Part shown: piece by piece, positions 45,957 through 57,173 of the stretch
Position numbering within the stretch: the stretch's first letter is position 1
Layout: the number at the start of each line of letters is the position of its first letter
Assembly (NCBI GenBank): GCA_023205875.1
Contig: CP060754.1
Location: 682,001 to 746,000, forward strand
Reading direction: 5' to 3'
Length of the DNA: 64,000 nucleotides
DNA from: Chloropicon primus
Taxonomy: Eukaryota
The notes under the pieces: generated by a model
The model's database searches: none
What the model was told of the DNA's origin: nothing
Seen by the model: only the letters and a program-made list of their open reading frames with translations
Program-made: the position numbers and the translations under genes

Positions 45957-47477
45957 ATGTGTCGCGTGGACAACTTGAGGTTGGGGGGGAGCGAGGGCTC
46001 GCCGGTGGACTTGGCCGCCTTGGCCAAGGAGAGGCGCGAGGGGGAGGGCGAGGTTCGGGCGCTGGAGCCGGAGGGGAAGCCCCTGGAGAGCGCTGAGGAG
46101 GCGGCCCCCGAGCTGGAGAAGAGCAGCGAGGAGTTCGAGGGGGAGGCCGTCGTCCTGAGCGCGTCCCTCGACTCGTCGTCCAACGAGGCGTCCGCCCTGA
46201 CGGGGCTCCTGGACGCGAACTTCAGGTCCATGTCCCTCGAGGAGGACGCGGAGGACAGCGTGAAGAGCCCGCTGGGCTCGGAGGAGGGGGACCTGACGCA
46301 GCCGAAGATCTCCGGGGCGACCAGGACCATCGTCCTTTACAACGTCGCCCCGAGCATCGGGGACGTGGAGCTCTGCGACTGGGCCGAGAAGTACGGGAGC
46401 CTGAGGGCCTTCGACACCAGTGGGAGAATGGCAGGCGGGTGGGTGTCGCTGAGCTTCTACGACCTCCGCCACGCCGTCCTGGCGTCCGAGGGGTTCGCCG
46501 GCCAGGGGGAGAACCCCACGCCGGTCTCCTTCAGCGTGGCCTACGCCAGCGTGCCGCCCAACGTGAGCGACGGGATCATCCTCCACGACTCGCTCTCCCT
46601 GGCCGGGAAGAGCTTGATCGAGTGGAAGGAGCTCCTCCTCAAGTTTCTGGCCTTTGGGGACGTCAACTACCTGACGGCCGTCGAGAAGTTCTCCCACGGG
46701 GAATCCTGCCTCGTCGAGTACTTTGACCTCCGCGACTCCCAGAAGGCGCTGGAGAACCTCTCGGCCTCCGGAGTCCTGGGGGAGATGGCGAGCGTGGCGC
46801 CCATCCTTTCCTCCGTGGGCCAGAACCAGGCGGCGGTGATGTACCCCCAGTACATGCAGCCCTGTGCCTACGGCGGCGCCCCAAACGAGTATTGGATGGG
46901 CCAAGAGATGTACATGAACGCCCCCAACGCGTTGTACGGCGCGAACCCCGGGAACGCGTACTCGTCGTCGGGAAAGGTCACCTACATGTTCATTCAGCAG
47001 CCTGCTGCGCAGTCCCCGACGAAGGAGTCTGGGGGAAGATACCGCAAGGCCGACAGCAGGAGGAACAAGTCGGACCCCATCTTTGCGTTTGATGTGGAGG
47101 AGGCCAAGGCGGGAGGCGAGAAAGCGCGCACCACCATCATGATCAAGAACATTCCCAACAAGTACAACCAGGAGATGCTCTTGAACGTGCTTGAGGCGAA
47201 GTACGTTGGCCAGTATGACTTCTTCTACCTGCCGATCGACTTCAAGAACAAGTGCAACTTGGGCTACGCGTTCGTGAACTTTGTGGAGAGTAAGGACGCC
47301 TTGAGATTCTACCAGGAGTTCCACAGGCAGAAGTGGAGTGATTTCAACTCGAAGAAAGTCTGCGAGATCACTTACGCGAGGGTCCAAGGAAAGAAGGCTT
47401 TGGTGGAGCACTTCAAGAACAGCAAGTTCCCTTGCCAGGACCCAGCCTTCCTGCCAGTCATCCTGGACAGGTACTGA
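45957..47477 (+). CDS. MEI2-like RRM protein
   Basis: C-terminal Mei2-type [16 protein letters not shown]...[23 protein letters not shown]...YARVQG, plus two degenerate RRMs. Confidence 0.92.
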   Translation: MCRVDNLRLGGSEGSPVDLAALAKERREGEGEVRALEPEGKPLESAEEAAPELEKSSEEFEGEAVVLSASLDSSSNEASALTGLLDANFRSMSLEEDAEDSVKSPLGSEEGDLTQPKISGATRTIVLYNVAPSIGDVELCDWAEKYGSLRAFDTSGRMAGGWVSLSFYDLRHAVLASEGFAGQGENPTPVSFSVAYASVPPNVSDGIILHDSLSLAGKSLIEWKELLLKFLAFGDVNYLTAVEKFSHGESCLVEYFDLRDSQKALENLSASGVLGEMASVAPILSSVGQNQAAVMYPQYMQPCAYGGAPNEYWMGQEMYMNAPNALYGANPGNAYSSSGKVTYMFIQQPAAQSPTKESGGRYRKADSRRNKSDPIFAFDVEEAKAGGEKARTTIMIKNIPNKYNQEMLLNVLEAKYVGQYDFFYLPIDFKNKCNLGYAFVNFVESKDALRFYQEFHRQKWSDFNSKKVCEITYARVQGKKALVEHFKNSKFPCQDPAFLPVILDRY

Positions 47478-47692
47478 TTGAGGGGCTCAGACAATTTTGA
47501 CACTGAGAGAGAACAAAAAAAAAGGAAAAAAAAGTTTTGAAGACAGTCTCTTCGCTTGCCGAAGAGAGAGAGAGAGAGAAAGTAGCAGTTTCGAAAGTCA
47601 AAACGGAATCGTTTTTGCTTTCTTTTTTTGAAGTCTAGTGTAATAACAGACAAGAGAGCATTTACTGAAGCCATGCACCTGTCCTGCCCTCT

Positions 47693-48548
47693 TCAAATTG
47701 GCTTGAAAAGGTTAGAGTATTTTTGGAGGCCGTACCTCGCCATGAACTTGGAGTGTTTCGCCGACTTGCCCGCGTTCGATGCTGGCGCTGGTTTCTTGAC
47801 AAGCTTTCCAGCTTTGGCGGGGCTTTCCTCGGGAGCACCGTCGGCAGCACCTCTCAAGCCCCTGGTTGACTTGAAGGTCGGGATCGTGTTCTCCTTGGTT
47901 GTCGTCGGGATATTGAGGTCCTCCACGTTCACCACGTAGTTTTTCTGCCCCTCCCTCGAGGATGCCAGACCCTGCAAGGAGCTCCCCTTCTCGCTTCTCT
48001 CTAAACCCTCCACCTTGGCAACAGAAGCCCTCTTCTTCGCCAGGATCTCGGCCGCTTCCAAAGCGTGCGACACTTTGCGAATTTTATTCAAGTGGCCGTC
48101 GATTCCTTCCCCGCCCTTGTCGCTCGCGCCAGCGCCTTCGCCCGTCCCGTGGCCCTTGGGGCCCTCTCCCGTGCCCTCCCCTTCCTCCTCCTCCTCCTCC
48201 CACTTCTCCTCGCTCAGACCGAGCACAATATCCATTCTCCGGCCGCGGTTGCACTTCTCGCTCTGCGCGTCGTGGGAAAAAGACAAGAACTTTTAGGACT
48301 CGCGAAGGCGAAAAGAGAATTCCAAGCCTCCCTCCTCGCTTCACCTGCGCACACTCCCTCAAACACGCTTGCCCGTCCCCCCCTCCACCTTTTGCCTTTG
48401 GGCCATCCAACCCCTTTCTGTCCCAAGACGCTCTCCCCCGACGAGAAAGCTCACTTACCCTAAGCGCCAGTGCCAGCTCCCTGCGTAGGAAGCCCTCCCC
48501 CGTGAGGGACTCCACCTTCCGGTGTGCCGCTAGCGGGTCAGTCTTCAT
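47693..48548 (-). CDS. Hypothetical protein (1 intron at about 48290-48458)
   Basis: MKTDPLAAHRK...LALR followed by a GTAAGT donor, spliced in frame to FLSFSHDAQ...; no domain recognised. Confidence 0.55.
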
Positions 48549-48699
48549 CGCTCACTACCTCTCCCCCTGTGAGTCGCTTCGTGTTTTCAAAACCAAAACC
48601 CTCTGACGCTGCGATCGCAAGGAGACGGAGACGGAGGCACAGACACAGACACAGACCACACCAGCCAAGGACCAGGAAAGGAAGGGAAGGGGAAGAGAG

Positions 48700-49473
48700 A
48701 TGGTGAAGCTAACAGCGATATTGATATTGAAGTGGAACGGGGAGGCGACCGACCCTCACATGCTCGGACTCGCGTCGGACTTGACCCAGGTAAGCCGAAG
48801 CCCGGCGAAAAAACAGACACACATGCGAAGGCGTGTTTTCGTTTTTCCGTTCCCCCTTCCTTTGTGGGCGTACTCGTGGGGGCGTGGTGGGGGCTCACCG
48901 TTTCGACTGCTGACTCTCCGCGCGTCCCGCTCCCCCTTTGTCTTGTTTTACCTGTCGCAGTTTGGTTACTTCGAGCGCCCTGTCGTGAGGGACATGTTGA
49001 ACTTCGTGTCGCGGACTATCGTGAAGCGGACGCAGCCCGGCCAGCGGCAAACGGTGGAGCACCAAGAGTACCTCTGCCACGCGTTCAACAAGGAGGGCGT
49101 AGCCGCGATAACCTTCGCAGACAAGACGTACCCGAGGAGGAGCGCGTTCTGCGTCATCAACAAGGTGCTGGACGACTATTTGGAGAAGTTCGGCCAGAAC
49201 TGGAGGAACCACTCGGCGGACACCAACGAGGGGAACCCCATCCTGGAAGCGGCGCTCAGGGAGTACCAGGACCCTTCCAAGGCGGACAACCTGCTTCGCG
49301 TCCAGAAGGAGCTCGACGAGACCAAAATCGTCCTGCACAAGACCATTGATAGCGTGCTGGCGAGGGGAGAGAAGTTGGACAACCTCGTGGCCAAGAGCTC
49401 CGACTTGAGTGTGGCCTCCCAGATGTTCTACAGGACCGCGAGGAAGCAAAACCAGTGCTGTAAAATGATGTAG
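48700..49473 (+). CDS. YKT6: Longin R-SNARE YKT6 (intron 48790-48960)
   Basis: FGYFER, QRQTVEH, ELDETKIVLHKTIDSVLARGEKLD, C-terminal CCKMM. Confidence 0.97.
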   Translation: MVKLTAILILKWNGEATDPHMLGLASDLTQVSRSPAKKQTHMRRRVFVFPFPLPLWAYSWGRGGGSPFRLLTLRASRSPFVLFYLSQFGYFERPVVRDMLNFVSRTIVKRTQPGQRQTVEHQEYLCHAFNKEGVAAITFADKTYPRRSAFCVINKVLDDYLEKFGQNWRNHSADTNEGNPILEAALREYQDPSKADNLLRVQKELDETKIVLHKTIDSVLARGEKLDNLVAKSSDLSVASQMFYRTARKQNQCCKMM

Positions 49474-49788
49474 ATGCGAGGGAACTGGATGTGCTGGAAG
49501 TCTGGCGGGACCCAGCGCCACCGCGGGGAGCGAGCTCCTCGGGTCGTCGTCGTCGTCGTTGTCGTCGTCGCGTGTATTGTATCATAAGTATTTGTAACGG
49601 GGAACATGAAAGAGACTGGGGTGGTTGCTCGGAGCTCCGGGCCAAGCCTTGTGCTTTGGATTCGAGAGACGCCGCCGTTAAATCCGACATGGGTATTTCT
49701 TTCTCTCATTCATTCATTCATTCTTTAGCAAAGCAAGAGAAAGCCCTTCCTCGCTTGAAGGGCGAAGGCAGCGAGGTGGGCGCACTCC

Positions 49789-50736
49789 TCACTCCTTCGC
49801 CCCAAACCCTTTCGGGGCACCCTTGTCCCCCCCCGCGGCGTAGGGCTCCCTCACCTCCATGGAGTCCGGCAACCCCTCTACCGTAAAGTCTTTCTTCTCC
49901 TCCACTTCCTTCTTCTTGTCCTGGACCGCCTTGGCCAGCATCTCGAGGATGTCCCCCATCATTTTCTCCGGGGCGAAGATCTCCCCGGTCTGCCCGTCCT
50001 CCAGGGGCACCACGATGTCGGCCTCCTCGTAGAACTTTTGCCTGTCCTCGAGGATGCCGCTCATCCTCCCCACGAGCTCCTCCTCGCTCTCCTCCCCCAC
50101 GTCGCTGAGGAGGGGCCTGTTGTCCTTTTCCTGGCCCTTGATCCTCGAGGCGAGCGTCTCCGGCTTGCCGTTCAGCCACACCACGATGCCGTGCCTCATG
50201 TTCCCCCAGTTCTCCCTGCTCAGGACGGCCCCGCCGCCCGTGGAGATGACGCTGCGGGCGTACTGGCTCAGCTCCTGCAGGACCCTCGCCTCGACGTCCC
50301 TGAAGACCTCCTCGCCGTTCTCCTCGAAGATCTGGGACACGGACGCCCCAAGGGACTTCTCAATCACGTCGTCCGTGTCGAAGAACCTGTACTGCAGCTG
50401 CTCTGCCAGGAGCTTCCCCACCGTGGACTTTCCGCTCCCCATCATGCCCACGAGGTAAATCGCGGTGCCCCCTATGTCCTTGAGCAGGGCGTCGGTCTCC
50501 CTCTCGGCGCGGGCCGACCTCGCGACCACGCCGGGCCGGCCGCGAAGGCGGTGCCCCCACCTCCTCCCTTGGCCCAGGGGAGCGGGCCGAGGGGAGCGGG
50601 CCGAGGGGAGCCCCCGGCTGCTCGCGCGCAGAGCCGCGACACCGGCGGGACCGGTACCACGATTCTGTCGACCCGTCCACCGCACCGCCACCCCCCCGAC
50701 CCTCCTCGAGCACTGTCTTAGCTCCGTCCCCTCCAT
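49789..50736 (-). CDS. Shikimate kinase, plastid
   Basis: YLVGMMGSGKSTVG, FFDTD, GEEVFRDVE, STGGGAV, RPLL; transit peptide. Confidence 0.93.
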   Translation of the reverse strand: MEGTELRQCSRRVGGVAVRWTGRQNRGTGPAGVAALRASSRGLPSARSPRPAPLGQGRRWGHRLRGRPGVVARSARAERETDALLKDIGGTAIYLVGMMGSGKSTVGKLLAEQLQYRFFDTDDVIEKSLGASVSQIFEENGEEVFRDVEARVLQELSQYARSVISTGGGAVLSRENWGNMRHGIVVWLNGKPETLASRIKGQEKDNRPLLSDVGEESEEELVGRMSGILEDRQKFYEEADIVVPLEDGQTGEIFAPEKMMGDILEMLAKAVQDKKKEVEEKKDFTVEGLPDSMEVREPYAAGGDKGAPKGFGAKE

Positions 50737-51084
50737 CCTCCCCTCCTTCTTCTTCCTCTTCCTCTGTCAAGGTCGTCCCTTGGGAATTTGGACCGACCCG
50801 GGGCGAAATCTCTCTCTCTCTCTTCTTTCTGGATAAGGTTCTTGCCGCTTTTCGTGTTTCGAGAGGTCTTCCACGGGATTCCTACTCGTTTGGAGTCGAG
50901 CCCTGCTCACCACAAAAAAAAGGAAAAAAAAGAGCGAGCGGCCGAAGGGGATAGAGAGAGGAGAGCCACGGCAGGGCGGCGAAGGAGAGCCACGTTCGTG
51001 AGACGAAAGGGAGTGGACTCGCGACAACCGTGACGCTTGCGTGGCGGGGAAGAAGACGCTGCGCAGTGACCAACCGAAGGAAAC

Positions 51085-53998
51085 ATGATCAACACGAGTA
51101 TTCAGGTAAGGAGAACAACGCAACAAACGCCTTGCAAGCGAGCGAGCGAGGAGCATGCCCTCTTGTGCTTCTCCTCTCCACCCTTCGCGCGCTGACTCTC
51201 TCTCTCTCTCTCTTGTTCTCTCTCTCTCTCTCTCTCTTGTTCTCTCTCTCTCTTTCTCTCTCTCCGACGACGACCGACGCGCGCACGCACGACAGGGGGG
51301 CCGGGGCCGTGTCGTCTCGGGGGACCGCCCGGGTGGCGTGGCGAAGGCCAGGAGGAGCGTGGCCCGAGTTTCCGGGCGCAGGCTCGTGGCCAGCTCCAAG
51401 CCTAGCGGCTTCGGCGGGGTCACTCGGGGACCGAGGGTCCCTCCCTCGTACGCGATCACGAACGAGGAGGTCGTGGACAACGCCGAGCCGACCTTGGACG
51501 AGGCCGTCGAGGCGAACGACCAGGGGGACGCCTCCTCGGAGGAGAACCAGAAGAGGGGGAACAGGAGGGGCGGCAGCAGGAGGCCCCAGAACACCGAGAA
51601 GGTCAAGGAGGCCGTCGCCAACCTCAAGGAGGGGGACATGATCAAGGGGAAGGTCAGGAAGATCGAGTCCTTCGGGGCGTTCGTGGACATCAACGTCGGC
51701 AAGGACGCGCTCATCCACATCTCCCAGCTCTCCACCAAGTTCACCAAGAACGTCGGGGACCACCTCGAGGAGGGCCAGGAGGTGGAGGCCAGGCTGCTGA
51801 GCATAGACCTCGACAGCCTGCGCATCCAGCTCTCCCTGATCAGCGAGGAGGAGCAGGCCAAGGCGAAGAGCGAGGGCGGGGAGAGGAAGAGGAAGCCCAA
51901 GCAGAGGAGGCCAAAGGAGACCCTCAAGGTCGGGGAGACCATAGTCGGCAAGATCGCCTCAGTCAGGCCCTTCGGCTGCTTCGTGGAGCTTGGCGACAAC
52001 AAGACGGGCCTCGTTCACGTGAGCGAGATCATCGACGACGACAGCCTGGACACGCTTTCGGACATGAACCTGGAGGCGGGGCAGAAGCTCGAGGTGGTCA
52101 TCGCGGAGATCAACGAGAAGAAGAGGGAGTACAAGCTGAGGCCATCCGAGAAGGCGCTTCAGGCCATGGTCCCCGAGGAGGAGGTTTACGTCGAGCAGAG
52201 CTCCATCCCCCCCTCGATGCCCTTTTTCATGAAGGAGTTTGGAGTCATCCGCAGCATGTACCCTGACAACCCCTCCCTGTCCTACATCCCGGTGGGGTTG
52301 AACTACAAGACGGGCAGACTTCCAAAGAACCCCGACGGAAGGACTTACAAGGTCGTGGGAAGCACGTACTCTGATGCCTCCAACTGGTCTGACGTCATTA
52401 GTGTCGGGGAGCCTGAGGAGGAGTCAAAAAAAAAACAACCTCCTACTGCTGAAGCAGCAGTAGTGGAGCAGGAGGCGGAGGACGTGGAGGCAGCACCTGC
52501 CGAGGCAGAGGCTGTCGCGGAGGAGGAGGAGGTTGAGGAGAAGGAAGCGGCCCCAGAGGCCGTCGCGGCGGAGGAGGAGAAGGGGGGGGAGGAGGAGGAG
52601 AAGCCAAAGGCCGCCATCAGCGCCAAGGTCGTCAAGGAACTTCGTGACATGAGTGGAGCTGGCATGATGGACTGCAAGAAGGCTTTGACGGAGTGCGGGG
52701 GGGACATCGACGCGGCAGAGGAGTACCTCAGGAAGAAGGGCATCGTGAGCGCTGCCAAGAAGGCTTCTCGCGTGGCCTCCGAGGGCATGGTCAGCAGCTA
52801 CATTCACGCCGGATCGAGGATTGGTGTCCTCATCGAGGTGAACAGCGAGACCGACTTTGTTGCCAGGGGAGACGTTTTCAAAGAGCTCGTCCAGGGCTTG
52901 GCGATGCAGATTGCTGCGAGCCCGAGCGTTGAGTACGTGGCTCCCGAGGATGCCCCTGCGGACTTTGTCGAGGCGGAGAAGGCGGCGGAGATGCAGAAGG
53001 AAGACCTCGCATCGAAGCCAGAGAACATCAGAGAGAAGATTGTCCAAGGAAGAGTGGACAAGATCGTCAATGAGCGTGCGCTCCTGGAGCAAGCCTGGAT
53101 CATGGACAACAACAAGACCGTGGGGGATGCGATCACCGAGGCCGTCGCTAGCATCGGTGAGAACATCAAGGTGAGGCGCTTTTCTCGTTATGTCTTGGGA
53201 GAGGGGATCGAGAAGAAGCAAGAGAATTTTGCAGACGAGGTTGCCGCTCAGACCAAGGCAAAGGAAGATGCGCCAGCAGAGGCCAAGAAGGAGAAAGCAC
53301 CCGCTGCGGAGGAGAAGGGGGAGGAGGAGGAGAAGCCAAAGGTCGCCATCAGCGCCAAGGTCGTCAAGGAACTTCGTGACATGAGTGGAGCTGGCATGAT
53401 GGACTGCAAGAAGGCTTTGGCGGAGTGCGGGGGGGACATCGACGCGGCAGAGGAGTACCTCAGGAAGAAGGGCATCGTGAGCGCTGCCAAGAAGGCTTCT
53501 CGCGTGGCCTCCGAGGGCATGGTCAGCAGCTACATTCACGCCGGATCGAGGATTGGTGTCCTCATCGAGGTGAACAGCGAGACCGACTTTGTTGCCAGGG
53601 GAGACGTTTTCAAAGAGCTCGTCCAGGGCTTGGCGATGCAGATTGCTGCGAGCCCGAGCGTTGAGTACGTGGCTCCCGAGGATGCCCCTGCGGACTTTGT
53701 CGAGGCGGAGAAGGCGGCGGAGATGCAGAAGGAAGACCTCGCATCGAAGCCAGAGAACATCAGAGAGAAGATTGTCCAAGGAAGAGTGGACAAGATCGTC
53801 AATGAGCGTGCGCTCCTGGAGCAAGCCTGGATCATGGACAACAACAAGACCGTGGGGGATGCGATCACCGAGGCCATCGCTAGCATCGGTGAGAACATCA
53901 AGGTGAGGCGCTTTTCTCGTTATGTCTTGGGAGAGGGGATCGAGAAGAAGCAAGAGAATTTTGCAGACGAGGTTGCCGCTCAGATGAAGTCAACTTAA
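51085..53998 (+). CDS. PETs: Plastid polyprotein of EF-Ts (2 S1 domains + 2 EF-Ts units; intron 51106-51295)
   Basis: S1 motifs FGAFVDI and FGCFVEL; two [17 protein letters not shown]...EVNSETDFV units; exon 1 MINTSIQ. Confidence 0.95.
52586..53984. repeat. Near-perfect direct repeat, ~667-bp units at 732-bp period
   Basis: Base-by-base comparison shows three mismatches. Confidence 0.95.
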
Positions 53999-54332
53999 AG
54001 AGTTTTCATATTGTGGATTAATGAATAGTTACATCAGACCAATAGTCACTTCAGACCTTTCTCCATTTATTTCCCATCTCCATCTGCCCGTTTAATTTGA
54101 TTTGAAGAGCAACTCGAAGCTTGGAGAGACAGACAGACTGAGCTTCACGTCGTAAGGCCGCGGAGGGAGTGGGCTGAGTGGGCGTTCGAATGCCTGAGCG
54201 CGGAAAGGCCGATCGTGAGCTGACGCGCGGAAAGGCCTCCTGGCTCTCGCACCTTTCGCATCTTTCGTTGCGAGGCACGGGGGAGGATCGAAAGGGCTAG
54301 GGTAGAGACTAATCTTCACCTCGGTGGGAAGG

Positions 54333-55295
54333 ATGACGTCTTCTGAACGACAAAGGGCGAAGTCCAGGATAGAGCTCCTGGCTGAGAAGCAAGCGCAGCT
54401 GCCGAAGTTTCAAAGAAAGCTTTATGGGCCCACGAGTTTGAGCGGTGTTCAAACGCTCGTCAGCAACCCAAACGAGCTCTGCAACTTCTTGCTTTCGCCA
54501 GTTCCGAAGGACATGGTCTTCCAAGCTGAGCTCTTCCATAAGCACTCGCTTTTCGGGGAGAAGAAGGTTGTTCTTATGATACGGGTGGACTCGGACGAGT
54601 TCCAGAGCAGGGGCACCCACATACCTATAGCAACTGCGACGAAGAAGCGCAAGTCGAGCAAGCTGAATTATCACATAGACCTTCCAGGTGAGTTAAGACC
54701 TTCACGTGCACCCGGTTTTGTCTTCCCCCAACTCAAGCCTTCTAACTCCTGCCTGCGTGCTCTTGCTGGCCCTTCCCTGCTGCTCAAAGACGGAAACCTC
54801 GTAGCAAAGCTCCGCGAGAAGTTCCGGGGGCAATTCATACTGTACGATAACGGGGCCAATCCAGAAAATAAGAAGAAGAGCTTCGGGAGGGACATTAGGA
54901 AGCAGATAGGAGGCTGCAGAATCACGAACATAGGTGCCTTGGAGCCCATTAAGATGCGCTCTCTGTTTCCCAACGCTGAGAAGATTGAGGACGTGAGCGA
55001 TGTAGATTACCTTTTCCACCTTGAAGAAAACTTGGAGGTCTCAAGCGCGTTTTATGTGGACAGTGTCTTGGCGAGCAGGACAAAAGGCACGGGGAGGCAC
55101 ACGCTGCACTTCGAGTACAGCGGCAATATCGAGAGAATTGCGTCGACTCACAACTTCATCATGGCGAACAGGTCGGACGACACGAAGGCTCTCCAGATGG
55201 GCAAATTTGACAAGAAGCAGTACATCCTTGACGTGAACCACCCCCTTACGCCACTGCAAGGCCTTTTCCTTGCCCTTTGCCATTTCCACGGCTGA
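54333..55295 (+). CDS. Tubby C-terminal domain protein (probable intron 54688-54789)
   Basis: KKRK...NYHI, AKLR..F.G.FILYDNGANP, ASTHNF, LQMGK...YILD..HPLTPLQ. Confidence 0.8.
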   Translation: MTSSERQRAKSRIELLAEKQAQLPKFQRKLYGPTSLSGVQTLVSNPNELCNFLLSPVPKDMVFQAELFHKHSLFGEKKVVLMIRVDSDEFQSRGTHIPIATATKKRKSSKLNYHIDLPGELRPSRAPGFVFPQLKPSNSCLRALAGPSLLLKDGNLVAKLREKFRGQFILYDNGANPENKKKSFGRDIRKQIGGCRITNIGALEPIKMRSLFPNAEKIEDVSDVDYLFHLEENLEVSSAFYVDSVLASRTKGTGRHTLHFEYSGNIERIASTHNFIMANRSDDTKALQMGKFDKKQYILDVNHPLTPLQGLFLALCHFHG

Positions 55296-55533
55296 GGAAC
55301 CTGTAATGTGGGGAGAGGCAACCTTAAGACTTTCCTTGTAATAAAAGAATCGAAAGCGATCAAGCCAGAGAAGAAGACTGCTCTCGCTCGCCCGACCAAC
55401 GAGCGTCGCCGTGCCGGAGACAAAAGTTGAAGATCTCAAGGTTCGAAATTACAAGGCACAAAATACAAAATACACAAACGTTAAAACATCACCATCGTCT
55501 TTGTTTCCCTTCGATTTGTGTACAAAACTGTCT

Positions 55534-56526
55534 TCAAAAATCCTCATCGAGGGAGAAGGAGTGGGCAGAAGTCCCGTTCGTGGAGCCCATGACACCAGCC
55601 TTCTGGTACTCCCCGACCCTCTTCTCAAAAAAGTTCGTCTTCCCCTGCAAGGAGATGAGCTCCATGAATTCGAACGGGTTCTGCGTGTTGTAGATCTTCT
55701 CGAGCCCAAGCTCCACCAGCAGACGGTCCGCCACAAAGTCAATGTAGTCCTTCATCATGTCGGCGTTCATGCCGATGAGCCCAACGGGGAGCGAGTCGCA
55801 GACAAACTCCTTTTCGATCTCGACTGCTTCCTTGACGATCTCGAGAACGACGCTATTTTCCAGCTTCTTGTTCATCAGCGAGTAAAGGAGGCACGCGAAG
55901 TCGCAGTGCAAGCCCTCGTCCCTGGAGATGAGCTCGTTGGAGAAGGTGAGCCCCGGCATGAGCCCCCTCTTCTTGAGCCAGAAGATGGCGCAGAAGCTTC
56001 CGGAGAAGAAGATTCCCTCGACGCAGGCGAAGGCAACGAGCCTCTCCGCGAAGGAGGAGTCGCTGCCGATCCACTTGATGGCCCAGTCCGCCTTCTTCTT
56101 CACGCAGTCGATCGTCTCGATGGCCTTGAAGAGGTTGCTCTTCACGGCGTTGTCCTTGATGTAAGCGTCCAGGAGCAGGCTGTACATCTCGGAGTGGATG
56201 TTCTCGATCGCGATCTGGAACCCGTAGAAGGCTCTCGCCTCCGGGACCTGGATGTCACCCAGGAAGCGGGTCGCAAGGTTCTCCAAAACGATTCCGTCAC
56301 TCGAGGCGAAGAAGGCCAACACGTGGCTCACGAAGTGCTTCTCGTCGTCGTTCAGCTTCTCCCAGTGCGCGACGTCGGCGCTCAGGTCCACCTCCTCGGC
56401 AGTCCAGAACGAAGCCTCGGCCTTCTTGTACATCTGCCAAATGTCTTGGTACTTGATTGGAAACATGCAGAAACGCTCGTCGTTCTCGCACAGGAGGGGC
56501 TCGTTCGTGTAGTCCTCTGAAGTCAT
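55534..56526 (-). CDS. RNR2: Ribonucleotide reductase small subunit (R2)
   Basis: [42 protein letters not shown]. Confidence 0.97.
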   Translation of the reverse strand: MTSEDYTNEPLLCENDERFCMFPIKYQDIWQMYKKAEASFWTAEEVDLSADVAHWEKLNDDEKHFVSHVLAFFASSDGIVLENLATRFLGDIQVPEARAFYGFQIAIENIHSEMYSLLLDAYIKDNAVKSNLFKAIETIDCVKKKADWAIKWIGSDSSFAERLVAFACVEGIFFSGSFCAIFWLKKRGLMPGLTFSNELISRDEGLHCDFACLLYSLMNKKLENSVVLEIVKEAVEIEKEFVCDSLPVGLIGMNADMMKDYIDFVADRLLVELGLEKIYNTQNPFEFMELISLQGKTNFFEKRVGEYQKAGVMGSTNGTSAHSFSLDEDF

Positions 56527-56715
56527 GGTTTCGTCGCACGCTCTTCGCGGTGTTTCGGTTCTTGCTCTTTGCTGGCGAGGTCCTTGTCCTCTCCCACTCT
56601 CTTCACAACCCTCCCGGTGTGTTCGATGCTCGTCGCCGCCTACGTCGTCACTCCTCTCGATCTTTTGGCGAGGGCGGCTCTCCTCCCCCTCCCCTGTCTG
56701 TCAATTTGTTGGTCG

Positions 56716-56814
56716 TTTCCCGCCCTCGCCGGTTTAATTTTAGACTGGGATTACCACTCTCTAGCACCCACACTAGGGAGGACCCGAGTCATTCAAAATC
56801 GAGTCCCCGCGAAA
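56716..56814. promoter_or_regulatory. Two E2F consensus sites upstream of RNR2
   Basis: TTTCCCGC at 56716-56723 (+) and TTTCGCGG at 56807-56814 (-); RNR genes are known E2F targets. Confidence 0.55.
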
Positions 56815-57173
56815 TTCATGGGGATTGATCTGGACCTGGACCACGTGGCCACCAGGGGAAAAAAGGAGCACGGGGGACCCAAGACCAGCCAAGACCGTCA
56901 ATGTGACGTCACGGCGACAGCAAAACGTCGCTTTGGTCCCGGGAGTTCAAAAAAAATGCACGATCTTTACGATCTTACCGTGCTCACGTGCTCGCCAAGA
57001 CAACGCAAGACAACGAAGGGGAGGGGGGACCAGGCCAGGCCCGCCCAGGGGGGGAACCCAGGTTCGGGGGTCTGCCGTGGGGTCCCTGGTGATGACAGCT
57101 CAGAGCCTTTTCTTCTGTTGTTTGTTTACTGTAATAAAAAAGATGATGACACACTGGCACTCTTGACCTGATA

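Noticed and set aside
51195..51265. CT-rich repeats as a CRISPR-like or telomeric array
   Set aside because: A simple intronic microsatellite with no spacers or telomere motif.
57044..57064. CAGG-GGG-GGAA-CCC-AGG as SRP RNA helix 8
   Set aside because: It lacks the conserved AGCA strand, and no Alu domain or helix 6 is seen.
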